From assembly GCF_006345805.1 (NCBI RefSeq), contig NC_043004.1, positions 69,068,001-69,132,000 on the forward strand: a stretch of 64,000 bases of DNA, in the 5' to 3' direction. Positions within the stretch are counted from its first letter, which is position 1. Every line of letters starts with the position of its first letter. The notes under the pieces were generated by a model, which saw only the letters and a program-made list of their open reading frames with translations, was not told the DNA's origin and made no database searches. Shown here one piece after another: positions 1-12,100 of this stretch. The translations under genes and the position numbers were made by a program. The DNA is from Octopus sinensis. Its lineage: Eukaryota.

Positions 1-99
1 TTACAAAGAATAAGTCTTATGGTCGATTTCTTCGACTAAAGGTGGTGCTCCAGCACGGCTACAATCAAATGACTGAAACGGGTAAAAGAATAAAAGAGT
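1..99 (+). mobile_element. 3' part of octopus-type tRNA-derived SINE (family A)
   Basis: Matches the tail of the full copy at 1600-1997 (aagaataagtc...ggtcgattt..tcgactaaagg.ggtgctccagca...gtcaaatgactgaaac), ending in AAAAGAAT-type repeats. Confidence 0.75.
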
Positions 100-269
100 A
101 TATATATATATAGATATAATGCATATATATATGTGTGTGTGTCTGTGTGTGTGTGTGTGTGTCTGTGTGTGTGTGTCTGTGTGTGTGTGTGTGTATTTAG
201 ATATATACATATGAAGAGAATTCATTAAAGATTTTCCCTGACTTCCGGTTATTGCAAGAAACGGAACTT

Positions 270-1088
270 GAACAGATATAGTCATACATGCCTCTTTGTA
301 TCACATTGTAAATTGCAGCTTTCCACTCGTATTCGCTTGTCTTTTACGGCTGCTGAAGTGGCTTCAGGTGTGATAATGGAGGTAGTTGAATGCCTGTCAG
401 TGATCAGGTTCTTATACTTGAAAGGTCGTACACCAAAAGAGACTTTCGATAAGATAAAAGAAGTTTATGGTGACGATGCACCATCATACAACGTAGTCAA
501 GCACTGGCACCCCTAGTTCAAATGTGGTTGGACAGCGGTGAAAACAGCTCCTATTCCTGGACGACCTCATTCCGCCATTGATGACGACGCCATTCATAAA
601 GTGGAAGCCGCTATTTTGGAGGATAACCGCACAACTATTCGGTAACTAGCCCAAGAAGTGAAAATAAGTGTAGGGTCTGAAAAAAAATCATCCACAACCA
701 TTTGCACATGCGGAAGTTGTTTTGTACGATGCATTTCCCGAATGTCCACAAGTTTTCAGAAGCAGGAACGAGTCAATTGCTCCCAGGCTCTTTTGGCAAT
801 GTGCGTGAGACTAAAGTCCAGCCGAAGCAACGGAAGCATGATAATTCACCACCTCCAAAGGAGGCTCGTGTCCAAATCTCAGCAGGCAAGATTGATGGTC
901 ACAGCCTTTTGGCTTCAGACGCAAGTTTCCGACTTCTACATGCGAGGTTTTCACAGCTGCGTAAAGCGATGGGAGAAGTGTGTCACCAATGGTGGTGGCT
1001 ATGTAGAGAAGGACTAATAACTATGCGAAATTTCGTTTATCCCAGTCTTAGGTAAGTGGATCAAGGGATCTTTAATGAACACCCCTCG
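270..1088 (+). mobile_element. Decayed, internally deleted Tc1/mariner transposon (irritans-like)
   Basis: HTH region VIRFLYLKGRTPKETFDKIKEVYGDDAPSYNVVKHW; ETKVQPKQRKHDNSPPPK..SAGK; C-terminus KRWEKCVTNGGGYVEK; ends in a TIR-like aacacccctcg. Stops, frameshifts and most of the DD34D core missing. Confidence 0.85.
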
Positions 1089-1599
1089 AACAGTATGATA
1101 TATATATATATCTATATATATATATATTATATATATATATATATAATATATACATATTATATTAACTATACACATATACATATATACTTATAAATACTAT
1201 ATATACATACATACATATATACGTACACATACATACATACATACATACACATACATACATACATACATACATTACCCATGGATCTAGATAAGAAACCAGT
1301 TCTTTCTCTATTGATTTAAGAAATCTTGAATAAAACTGAATACACGACATAATACGACAGGCTTCCACGCTGTTTCCATTAACCAAATCACTCACAAGGC
1401 ATCGGTTTGCCAGGAGTTAGTACAGTAGACAAACACTTTCCCAAGGTGCCACGCAGTAGTGAGCCCCTTCTACAACCCCACACCGCGTCCAAGTAGTTTT
1501 TTTCCTAACGCACCTCTTATCGATGTTCTGCATATGGAATATACATAAAGAAAGATTGGCTTTGGTTGTAAATTCCCCAGTATTCTTCCTTATTTTGGT

Positions 1600-1997
1600 G
1601 CAGGAGTGGCTATGTGGTAAGTAGCTTGCTAACCAGCACATGGTTCCGGGTTCAGTCCCACTGCGTGGCATCTTGGGCAGGTGTCTTCTGCTATAGCCCC
1701 GGGCCGACACAATGCCTGTGAGTGGATTGGTAGACGGAAACTGAAGAAGCCTGTCGTATATATGTATATATATATATGTATGTATGTGTTTGTGTGTCTG
1801 TGTTTGTCCCCCTAGCATTGCTTGACAACCGATGCTGGTGTGTTTACGTCCCCGTCACTTAGCGGTTCGGCAAAAGAAACGAAGAATAAGTACTGGGCTT
1901 ACAAAGAATAAGTCCTGGGGTCGATTTGCTCGACTAAAGGCGGTGCTCCAGCATGGCCGCAGTCAAATGACTGAAACAAGTAAAAGAGTAAAGAGTA
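1600..1997 (+). mobile_element. Full-length tRNA-derived SINE (family A)
   Basis: tRNA-like head ggagtggctatgtggtaag...ggttccgggttcagtcccac, core ttgggcag/agtgtcttc, internal TA/TG microsatellite, AAAGAGT tail; several homologous copies in the window. Confidence 0.85.
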
Positions 1998-2001
1998 AGT
2001 A

Positions 2002-2175
2002 ACTGGTTTAAAACAACACATAGTGTCAGACAAGGGTGTATTCTCTCAACAACCTTATTTCAATGTGTTTCTAGAATATATAACGATGAGCGGCTTTGAG
2101 TTAGCTGTATGAAATATTAAAATAATTGCAGAGATGTCAGTAATTTCCGTTTTGCCATGATATTGATTTAATCAG
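2002..2175 (+). mobile_element. RTE-like LINE reverse-transcriptase fragment (pseudogenised)
   Basis: Manual translation across frameshifts: TTHSVRQGCILS..LF/NVFLEYI ... DVSNFRFA(D)DIDLI, matching the GVRQG and FADD RT motifs. Confidence 0.6.
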
Positions 2176-2389
2176 ACAAAATAAGGAAGAAGTTAGAGAT
2201 CTTATCAACTTATTTCAATACAAATACAAGAAGATATAGAATTAAAATAAGTGATGAAAAGAAAAATGATAAAAAGCAGTTGGAAAACACGAAGAAAATA
2301 GTCGATTGAAGACGCTCAGATAAATTGAAGAATCAAAGTACTTGATATGAACAATAACGGAAGATATATGATCAAAGAATGAAGTAAAA

Positions 2390-2880
2390 TACTGTAGCCA
2401 TCAGTCATCCTTCAGAGTCCCAAAAAGACGGTTTGTCATGTCCCTGAGCAGCCATATGTGGCACCCCAAAGATCAAGTGACCCCATATGATATCAGATGG
2501 AGAATCATAGAACATCCAGGCCCATATATTAATGGGAGTGGGCGCTGCAAAATCTGCATCGCCGAGTGACCAGAGTTCTGAAAAACTGTGCTAAGCCTTG
2601 CGCGTTAAATAATCGTAAACAAATGTTCTCAACATGTGTTGATTTCAAGCGCTACTTACTGGAAAATTGATCCTAGCTTCCATTTATCCTCTGGTCCAGG
2701 GATAGATAACCCGTCCTCACCTTTTCTCTCTGTAGGCCGTTTGAACATTTGTCCTAGCGTTTCTCTGCCTCCGCGAGATGAAAAGTTAAATTTCTCTTTG
2801 TATAGAGTCTGATGAGCTGTCCACAAGGCTGTGGTTTTGGCGGATACGAAACCACTGGTCACTCTATAACCAGATTTTAA
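2390..2880 (+). mobile_element. 3' end of a Penelope-like element: GIY-YIG C-terminal region plus terminal repeat with hammerhead
   Basis: YCSHQSSF...SLSSHMWHPKDQVTPYDIRWRIIEHPGPYINGSGRCKICIAE* ... LNNRKQMFSTCVDFKRYLLEN* resembles the PLE C-terminus pattern (LSxHIWxLK..Y.I.W.II...C.LC..EK..LN.R.E...C.H..K.LL); followed by a hammerhead and then (TATG)n. Confidence 0.75.
2801..2868 (+). ncRNA. Type I hammerhead ribozyme
   Basis: Stem I TATAGAGT (2801-08)/ACTCTATA (2861-68); core CTGATGA 2809-15; stem II G(C)TGTCC/GGATAC; GAAA 2848-51; short stem III ACC-act-GGT; predicted cleavage after GUC (C2860). Confidence 0.85.
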
Positions 2881-3064
2881 CTTTATGTTTATATATATGT
2901 GTGTGTATGTGTGTGTGTATGTATGTATGTATGTATGTATGTCTGTATGTATGTATGTATGTCTGTATGTATGTATGTATGTACATGAAGCCCAGTTACA
3001 ACTACAGCCGGCTATTACCAGTAGAGGTCTTAGTTGCCACTTTGGTACAAGACATTGTAGATGT

Positions 3065-3164
3065 NNNNNNNNNNNNNNNNNNNNNNNNNNNNNNNNNNNN
3101 NNNNNNNNNNNNNNNNNNNNNNNNNNNNNNNNNNNNNNNNNNNNNNNNNNNNNNNNNNNNNNNN
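3065..3164. other. Assembly gap (100 N)
   Basis: Exactly 100 N, typical of a scaffolding gap of unknown size. Confidence 1.
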
Positions 3165-6100
3165 TGCCTATTTGTCGTCTACATGCCTGTCTGACTGCTT
3201 GTTGTTGTCTGTCTGTTGTTTTGTTATTACGTTTGTTTGTCGCCCTGTTTGCCTTTTGTCTTTTTGCCTATTTGTCGTCTACATGCCTGTGACTGCTTGT
3301 TTGTTGTCGGTCTGTTTTGTCTAAACGTTTGTCGCCCTGTTTGCCTGTTGCTGTTTGCCTATTTGTCGTCTACATGTCTGTCTGACTGCTTGTTTATTGT
3401 CTGTCTGTTTGTCTAACCGTTTGTCGCCCTGTTTGCCTTTTGTCTTTTTGACTATTTGTCGTCTACATGTCTGTCTGACTGCTTGTTTGTTGTTGTTGTT
3501 GTTGTCTAACCGTTTGTCGCCTGTTTGCCTGTTGTCTGTTTGCCTATTTGTCGTCTACATGTCTGTCTGACTGCTTGTTTGTTGTTGTCTGTCTGTTTGT
3601 CTAAACGTTTGTCGCCATGTTTGCCTTTTGTCTGTTTGCCTATTTGTCGTCTACATGCCTGTCTGACTGCTTGTTGGTTGTCTGTCTGTTTGTCTTACCG
3701 TTTGTCGCCCTGTTTTGCCTTTTGTCTTTTTTGCCTATTTGTCGTCTACATGCCTGTCTGACTGCTTGTTTGTTGTCTGTCTGTTGTGTCTAACCGTTTG
3801 TCGCCCTGTTTGCCTTTTGTCTGTTTGCCTATTTGTCGTCTACATGTCTGTCTGACTGCTTGTTTATTGTCTGTCTGTTTGTCTAACCGTTTGTCGCCCT
3901 GTTTGCCTTTTGTCTTTTTGACTATTTGTCGTCTACATGTCTGTCTGACTGCTTGTTTGTTGTTTGTCTGTTTGTCTAACCGTTTGTCGCCCTGTTTGCC
4001 TGTTGTCTGTTTGCCTATTTGTCGTCTACATGTCTGTATGACTGCTTGTTTGTTGTCTGTCTGTTTGTCTAACCGTTTGTCGCCATGTTTGCCTTTTGTC
4101 TGTTTGCCTATTTGTCGTCTACATGTCTGTTTGACTGCTTGTTTGTTGTCTGTCTGTTTGTCTAACCGTTTGTCGCCCTGTTTGCCTATTTTCTGTTTGC
4201 CTATTTGTCGTCCACATGTCTGTCTGACTGCTTGTTTGTTGTCTGTTTGTTTGTCTACCCGTTTGTCGCCCTGTTTGCCTTTTGTCTTTTTGCCTATTTG
4301 ACGTCTACATGTCTGTCGGACTGCTTGTTTGTTGTCTGTCTGTTTGTCTAACCGTTTGTCGCCCTGTTTGCCTTTTGTCTGTTTGGCTGTTTGTCGTCTA
4401 CATGTCTGCCTGACTGCTTGTTTGTTGTCTGTTTATTTGTCTAAACATTTGTCGCCCTGTTTGCCTTTTATCTGTTTGCCTATTTGTCGGCTACATGTCT
4501 ATCTGACTGCTTGTTGTTGTCTGTTTGTTTGTCAAACCATTTGCCGCCCTGTTTGCCTTTTATCTGTAGCCTATTTGCCGTCTACATGTCTGTCTGACTG
4601 CTTGTTGTGTTTGTCTGTTCTGTTTGTCTAACCATTTGTCGCCCTGTTTGCCTTTTGTCTGTTTGCCTATTTGTCGGCTACATGTCTGTAGACTGCTTGT
4701 TGTTGTCTGTCCGTTTTTTTGTCTAACCATTGTCGCCCTGTTTGTCTATTTGTCGTCTACATGTCTGTCTGACTGCTTGTTTGTTGTCTGTCCGTTTGTC
4801 TAACTATTTGTCGCCCTGTTTGCCTATTTGTCGTCTACATGTCTGTCTGACTGCTTGTTGTTGTCTGTCTGTTTGTCGAACCATTTGTCGCCCTGTTTGC
4901 CTTTTGTTTGTTTGCTTTTATCTGTTTGCCTATTTGTCGTCTACACGTCTGTCTGTCTGCTTGTTTGTTGTCTGTCCGTTTGTCTAACCGTTTGTCGCCC
5001 TGTTTGCCTTTTGTCTGTTTGCCTATTTGTCGGCTACATGTCTATCTGACTGCTTGTTTGTTGTCTGTCTGTTTGTCTAACCATTTGTCGCCCTGTTTGC
5101 CTTTTATCTGTTTGCCTATTTGTCGGCTACATGTCTGTCTGACCGCTTGTTTGTTGTCTGTCTGTTTGTCTTACCGTTTGTCGCCCTGTTTGCCTTTTGT
5201 CTTTTTGCCTATTTGTCGTCTACATGCCTGTCTGACTGCTTGTTTGTTGTCTGTCTGTTTGTCTTACCGTTTGTCGCCCTGTTTGCCTTTTGTCTTTTTG
5301 CCTATTTGTCGTCTACATGCCTGTCTGACTGCTTGTTTGTTGTCTGTCTGTTTGTCTAACCGTTTGTCGCCCTGTTTGCCTTTTGTCTGTTTGCCTATTT
5401 GTCGTCTACATGTCTGTCTGACTGCTTGTTTATTGTCTGTCTGTTTGTCTAACCGTTTGTCGCCCTGTTTGCCTTTTGTCTTTTTGACTATTTGTCGTCT
5501 ACATGTCTGTCTGACTGCTTGTTTGTTGTTTGTCTGTTTGTCTAACCGTTTGTCGCCCTGTTTGCCTGTTGTCTGTTTGCCTATTTGTCGTCTACATGTC
5601 TGTCTGACTGCTTGTTTGTTGTCTGTCTGTTTGTCTAACCGTTTGTCGCCATGTTTGCCTTTTGTCTGTTTGCCTATTTGTCGTCTACATGTCTGTTTGA
5701 CTGCTTGTTTGTTGTCTGTCTGTTTGTCTAACCGTTGGCGCCCTGTTTGCCTATTTTGGTTTGCCTATTTGTCGTCTACATGTCTGTCTGAACTGCTTGT
5801 TTGTTGTTGTTTGTTTGTCTACCCGTTTGTCGCCCTGTTTGCTTTTTGCTTTTGTCTTTTTGCCTATTTGACGTCTACATGTCTGTCGGACTGCTTGTTT
5901 GTTGTCTGTCTGTTTGTCTAACCGTTTGTCGCCCTGTTTGCCTTTTGTCTGTTTGGCTGTTTGTCGTCTACATGTCTGCCTGACTGCTTGTTTGTTGTCT
6001 GTTTATTTGTCTAAACATTTGTCGCCCTGTTTGCCTTTTATCTGTTTGCCTATTTGTCGGCTACATGTCTATCTGACTGCTTGTTTGTTGTCTGTTTGTT

Positions 6101-9100
6101 TGTCTAACCATTTGTCGCCCTGTTTGCCTTTTATCTGTTAGCCTATTTGCCGTCTACATGTCTGTCTGACTGCTTGTTTGTTGTCTGTCTGTTTGTCTAA
6201 CCATTTGTCGCCCTGTTTGCCTTTTGTCTGTTTGCCTATTTGTCGGCTACATGTCTGTCTGACTGCTTGTTTGTTGTCTGTCCGTTTGTCTAACCATTTG
6301 TCGCCCTGTTTGTCTATTTGTCGTCTACATGTCTGTCTGACTGCTTGTTTGTTGTCTGTCCGTTTGTCTAACTATTTGTCGCCCTGTTTGCCTATTTGTC
6401 GTCTACATGTCTGTCTGACTGCTTGTTTGTTGTCTGTCTGTTTGTCGAACCATTTGTCGCCCTGTTTGCCTTTTGTTTGTTTGCCTTTTATCTGTTTGCC
6501 TATTTGTCGTCTACACGTCTGTCTGTCTGCTTGTTTGTTGTCTGTCCGTTTGTCTAACCGTTTGTCGCCCTGTTTGCCTTTTGTCTGTTTGCCTATTTGT
6601 CGGCTACATGTCTATCTGACTGCTTGTTTGTTGGCTGTCTGTTTGTCTAACCATTTGTCGCCCTGTTTGCCTTTTGTCTGTTTGCATATTTGTCGGCTAC
6701 ATGTCTATCTGACTGCTTGTTTGTTGTCTGTCTGTTTGTCTAACCATGTGTCGCCTGTTTGCCTTTTGTCTGTTTGCATATCTGTCGTCTACATATCTGT
6801 CTGACTGCTTGATTGTTGTCTGTCTGTTTGTCGAACCGTTTGTCGCCCTGTTTGCCTTTTGTCTGTTTGCCTTTTATCTGTTTGCCTATTTGTCGTCTCT
6901 AATGTCTGTCTGTCTTTGTTTGTTGTCTGTCTGTTTGTCTAATCATTGTCGCCCTGTTTGCCTTTTGTCTGTTTGCATATTGTCGTCTACATATCTGTCT
7001 GACTGCTTGTTTGTTGTCTGTCTGTTTGTCGAACCGTTTGTCGCCTGTTTGCCTTTTGTCTGTTTGCCTTTTATCTGTTTGCCTATTTGTCGTCTAATGT
7101 ATGTCTGTTTGTTTGTTGTCTGTCTGTTTTTCTAACCGTTTGTCACCCTGTTTGCCTTTTGTCTGTTTGCCTATTTGTCGTCTAAATGTCTGTCTGACTG
7201 CTTGTTTGTTGTCTGTCTGTTTGTCTAACCGTTTGTCGCCCTGTTTGCCTTTTGTCTGTTTGCCTATTTGTCGTCTACATGTCTGTCTGACTGCTTGTTT
7301 GTTGTCTGTCTGTTTGTCTAACCTTTGTCGCCCTGTTTGCCTTTTGTCTGTTTGCCTATTTGTCGTCTACATGTCTGTCTGTCTGCTTGTTTGTTGTCTG
7401 TCTGTTTGTCTAACCATTTGTCGCCCTGTTTGCCTTTTATCTGTTTGCCTATTTGTCGGCTACATGTCTATCTGACTGCTTGTTTGTTGTCTGTCTGTTT
7501 GTCTAACCATTTGTCGCCCTGTTTGCCTTTTATCTGTTTGCCTATTTGTCGGCTACATGTCTGTCTGACTGCTTGTTTGTTGTCTGTCTGTTTGTCTAAC
7601 CATTTGTCTCCCTGTTTGCCTTTTATCTGTTTGCATATTGTCGTCTACATGTCTGTCTGACTGCTTGTTTGTTGTCTGTCTGTTTGTCTTACCGTTTGTC
7701 GCCCTGTTTGCCTTTTATCTGTTTGCCTATTTGTCGTCTACATGTCTGTCTGACTGCTTGTTTGTTGTCTGTCTGTGTCTACCCATTTGTCGCCCTGTTT
7801 GCCTGTTTGTGTTTGCCTATTTGTCGTCTACATGTCTGTCTGACTGCTTGTTTGTTGTCTGTCTGTTTGTCTAACCGTTTGTCGCCCTGTTTGCCTTTTG
7901 TCTGTTTGCCTATTTGTCGTCTACATGTCTGTTTGACTGCTTGTTTGTTGTCTGTCTGTTTGTCTAACCGTTTGTCGCCCTGTTTGCCTATTTTCTGTTT
8001 GCCTATTTGTCGTCTACATGTCTGTCTGACTGCTTGTTTGTTGTCTGTTTGTTTGTCTAACCGTTTGTCGCCCTGTTTGCCTTTTGTCTTTTTGCCTATT
8101 TGACGTCTACATGTCTGTCGGACTGCTTGTTTGTTGTCTGTCTGTTTGTCTAACCGTTTGTCGCCCTGTTTGCCTTTTGTCTGTTTGCCTGTTTGTCGTC
8201 TACATGTCTGTCTGACTGCTTGTTTGTTGTCTGTTTATTTGTCTAAACATTTGTCGCCCTGTTTGCCTTTTATCTGTTTGCCTATTTGTCGGCTACATGT
8301 CTATCTGACTGCTTGTTTGTTGTCTGTTTGTTTGTCTAACCATTCGTCGCCCTGTTTGCCTTTTATCTGTTTGCCTATTTGCCGTCTACATGTCTGTCTG
8401 CCTGATTGTTTGTTGTCTGTTTGTTTGTCTAAACATTTGTCGCCCTGTTTGCCTTTTATCTGTTTGCCTATTTGTCGGCTACATGTCTATCTGACTGCTT
8501 GTTTGTTGTCTGTTTGTTTGTCTAACCATTTGTCGCACTGTTTGCCTTTTATCTGTTAGCCTATTTGCCGTCTACATGTCTGTCTGACTGCTTGTTTGTT
8601 GTCTGTCTGTTTGTCTAACAATTTGTCGCCCTGTTTGTTTTGTCTGTTTGCCTATTTGTCGGCTAGATGTCTGTCTGACTGCTTGTTTGTTGTCTGTCCG
8701 TTTGTCTAACCATTTGTCGCCCTGTTTGTCTATTTGTCGTCTACATGTCTGTCTGACTGCTTGTTTGTTGTCTGTCCGTTTGTCTAACTATTTGTCGCCC
8801 TGTTTGCCTATTTGTCGTCTACATGTCTGTCTGACTGCTTGTTTGTTGTCTGTCTGTTTGTCGAACAATTTGTCGCCCTGTTTGCCTTTTGTTTGTTTGC
8901 CTTTTATCTGTTTGCCTATTTGTCGTCTACACGTCTGTCTGTCTGCTTGTTTGTTGTCTGTCTGTTTGTCTAACCGTTTGTCGCCTGTTTGCCTTTTGTC
9001 TGTTTGCCTATTTGTCGGCTACATGTCTATCTGACTGTTTGTTTGTTGGCTGTCTGTTTGTCTAACCATTTGTCGCCCTGTTTGCCTTTTGTCTGTTTGC

Positions 9101-12100
9101 ATATTTGTCGGCTACATGTCTATCTGACTGCTTGTTTGTTGTCTGTCTGTTTGTCTAACCATTTGTCGCCCTGTTTGCCTTTTGTCTGTTTGCATATTTG
9201 TCGTCTACATATCTGTCTGACTGCTTGATTGTTGTCTGTCTGTTTGTCGAACCGTTTGTCGCCCTGTTTGCCTTTTGTCTGTTTGCCTTTTATCTGTTTG
9301 CCTATTTGTCGTCTAATGTCTGTCTGTCTGCTTGTTTGTTGTCTGTCTGTTTGTCTAATCATTTGTCGCCCTGTTTGCCTTTTGTCTGTTTGCATATTTG
9401 TCGTCTACATATCTGTCTGACTGCTTGTTTGTTGTCTGTCTGTTTGTCGAACCGTTTGTCGCCCTGTTTGCCTTTTGTCTGTTTGCCTTTTATCTGTTTG
9501 CCTATTTGTCGTCTAATGTATGTCTGTTTGTTTGTTGTCTGTCTGTTTTTCTAACCGTTTGTCGCCCTGTTTGCCTTTTGTCTGTTTGCCTATTTGTCGT
9601 CTATATGTCTGTCTGACTGCTTGTTTGTTGTCTGTCTGTTTGTCTAACCGTTTGTCGCCCTGTTTGCCTTTTGTCTGTTTGCCTATTTGTCGTCTACATG
9701 TCTGTCTGACTGCTTGTTTGTTGTCTGTCTGTTTGTCTAACCGTTTGTCGCCCTGTTTGCCTTTTGTCTGTTTGCCTATTTGTCGTCTACATGTCTGTCT
9801 GTCTGCTTTTTTGTTGTCTGTCTGTTTGTCTAACCATTTGTCGCCTTGTTTGCCTTTTATCTGTTTGCCTATTTGTCGGCTACATGTCTATCTGACTGAT
9901 TGTTTGTTGTCTGTCTGTTTGTCTAACCATTTGTCGCCCTGTTTGCCTTTTATCTGTTTGCCTATTTGTCGGCTACATGTCTATCTGACTGACTTTTTGT
10001 TGTCTGTCTGTTTGTCTAACCATTTGTCGCCCTGTTTGCCTTTTATCTGTTTGCCTATTTGTCGGCTACATGTCTGTCTGACTGCTTGTTTGTTGTCTGT
10101 CTGTTTGTCTAACCATTTGTCTCCCTGTTTGCCTTTTATCTGTTTGCATATTTGTCGTCTACATGTCTGTCTGACCGCTTGTTTGTTGTCTGTCTGTTTG
10201 TCTTACCGTTTGTCGCCCTGTTTGCCTTTTATCTGTTTGCCTATTTGTCGTCTACATGTCTGTCTGACTGCTTGTTTGTTGTCTGTCTGTTTGTCTACCC
10301 GTTTGTCGCCCTGTTTGCCTGTTGTCTGTTTGCCTATTTGTCGTCTACATGTCTGTCTGACTGCTTGTTTGTTGTCTGTCTGTTTGTCTAACCGTTTGTC
10401 GCCATGTTTGCCTTTTGTCTGTTTGCCTATTTGTCGTCTACATGTCTGTTTGACTGCTTGTTTGATGTCTGTCTGTTTGTCTAACCGTTTGTCGCCCTGT
10501 TTGCCTATTTTCTGTTTGCCTATTTGTCGTCTACATGTCTGTCTGACTGCTTGTTTGTTGTCTGTCTGTTTGTCTAACCGTTTGTCGCCCTGTTTGCCTT
10601 TTGTCTTTTTGCCTATTTGACGTCTACATGTCTGTCGGACTGCTTGTTTGTTGTCTGTCTGTTTGTCTAAACGTTTGTCGCCCTGTTTGCCTTTTGTCTG
10701 TTTGCCTGTTTGTCGTCTACATGTCTGCCTGACTGCTTGTTTGTTGTCTGTTTATTTGTCTAAACATTTGTCGCCCTGTTTGCCTTTTATCTGTTTGCCT
10801 ATTTGTCGGCTACATGTCTATCTGACTGCTTGTTTGTTGTCTGTTTGTTTGTCTAACCATTCGTCGCCCTGTTTGCCTTTTATCTGTTTGCCTATTTGCC
10901 GTCTACATGTCTGTCTGCCTGCTTGTTTGTTGTCTGTTTGTTTGTCTAAACATTTGTCGCCCTGTTTGCCTTTTATCTGTTTGCCTATTTGTCGGCTACA
11001 TGTCTATCTGACTGCTTGTTTTGTTTGTTGTTTTTCTAACCATTTGTCGCCCTGTTGCCTTTTATCTGTTAGCCTATTTGCCGTCTACATGTCTGTTGAC
11101 TGCTTGTTTGTTTCTGTCTGTTTGTCTAACCATTTGTCGCCCTGTTTGCCTTTTGTCTGTTTGCCTATTTGTCGGCTACATGTCTCTCTGACTGCTTTTT
11201 GTTGTCTGTCCGTTTGTCTAACCATTTGTCGCCCTGTTTGTCTATTTGTCGTCTAATGTCTGTCTGATGCTTGTTTGTTTTTGTCTGTCCGTTTGTCTAA
11301 CTATTTGTCGCCCTGTTTGCCTATTTGTCGTCTACATGTCTGTCTGACTGCTGTTTGTTGACTGTCTGTTTGTCGAACAATTTGTCGCCCTGTTTGCCTT
11401 TTGTTTGTTTGCGTTTTATCTGTTTGCCTATTTGTCGTCTACACGTCTGTCTGTCTGCTGTGTGTTGTCTGTCTGTTTGTCTAACCGTTTGTCGCCCTGT
11501 TTGCCTTTTGTCTGTTTGCCTATTTGTCGGCTACATGTCTATCTGACTGTTTGTTTGTTGGCTGTCTGTTTGTCTAACCATTTGTCGCCCTGTTTGCCTT
11601 TTGTCTGTTTGCATATTTGTCGGCTACATGTCTATCTGACTGCTGTTTGTTGTCTGTGTGTTTGTCTAACCATTTGTCGCCCTGTTTGCCTTTTGTCTGT
11701 TTGCATATTTGTAGTCTACATATCTGTATGACTGCTTGATTGTGCTGTCTGTTTGTCGAACCGTTTGTCGCCTGTTTGCCTTTTGTCTGTTTGCCTTTTA
11801 TCTGTTTGCCTATTTGTCGTCTAATGTCTGTCTGTCTGATGGTTTGCTTTTGTTGTATGTCTGTTTGTGTAATCATTTGTCGCCTGTTTACCTTTTGTCT
11901 GTTTGCATATTGTCGTCTACATATCTGTCTGGACTGCTTGTTTGTCTGTCTGTTTGTCGAACCGTTTGTCGCCCTGTTTGCCTTTTGTCTGTTTGCCTTT
12001 TATCTGTTTGCCTATTTGTTCGTCTAATGTATGTGTTGTTTGTGTCTGTCTGTTTGTCTAACCGTTTGTCGCCCTGTTTGCCTTTTGTCTGTTTGCCTAT

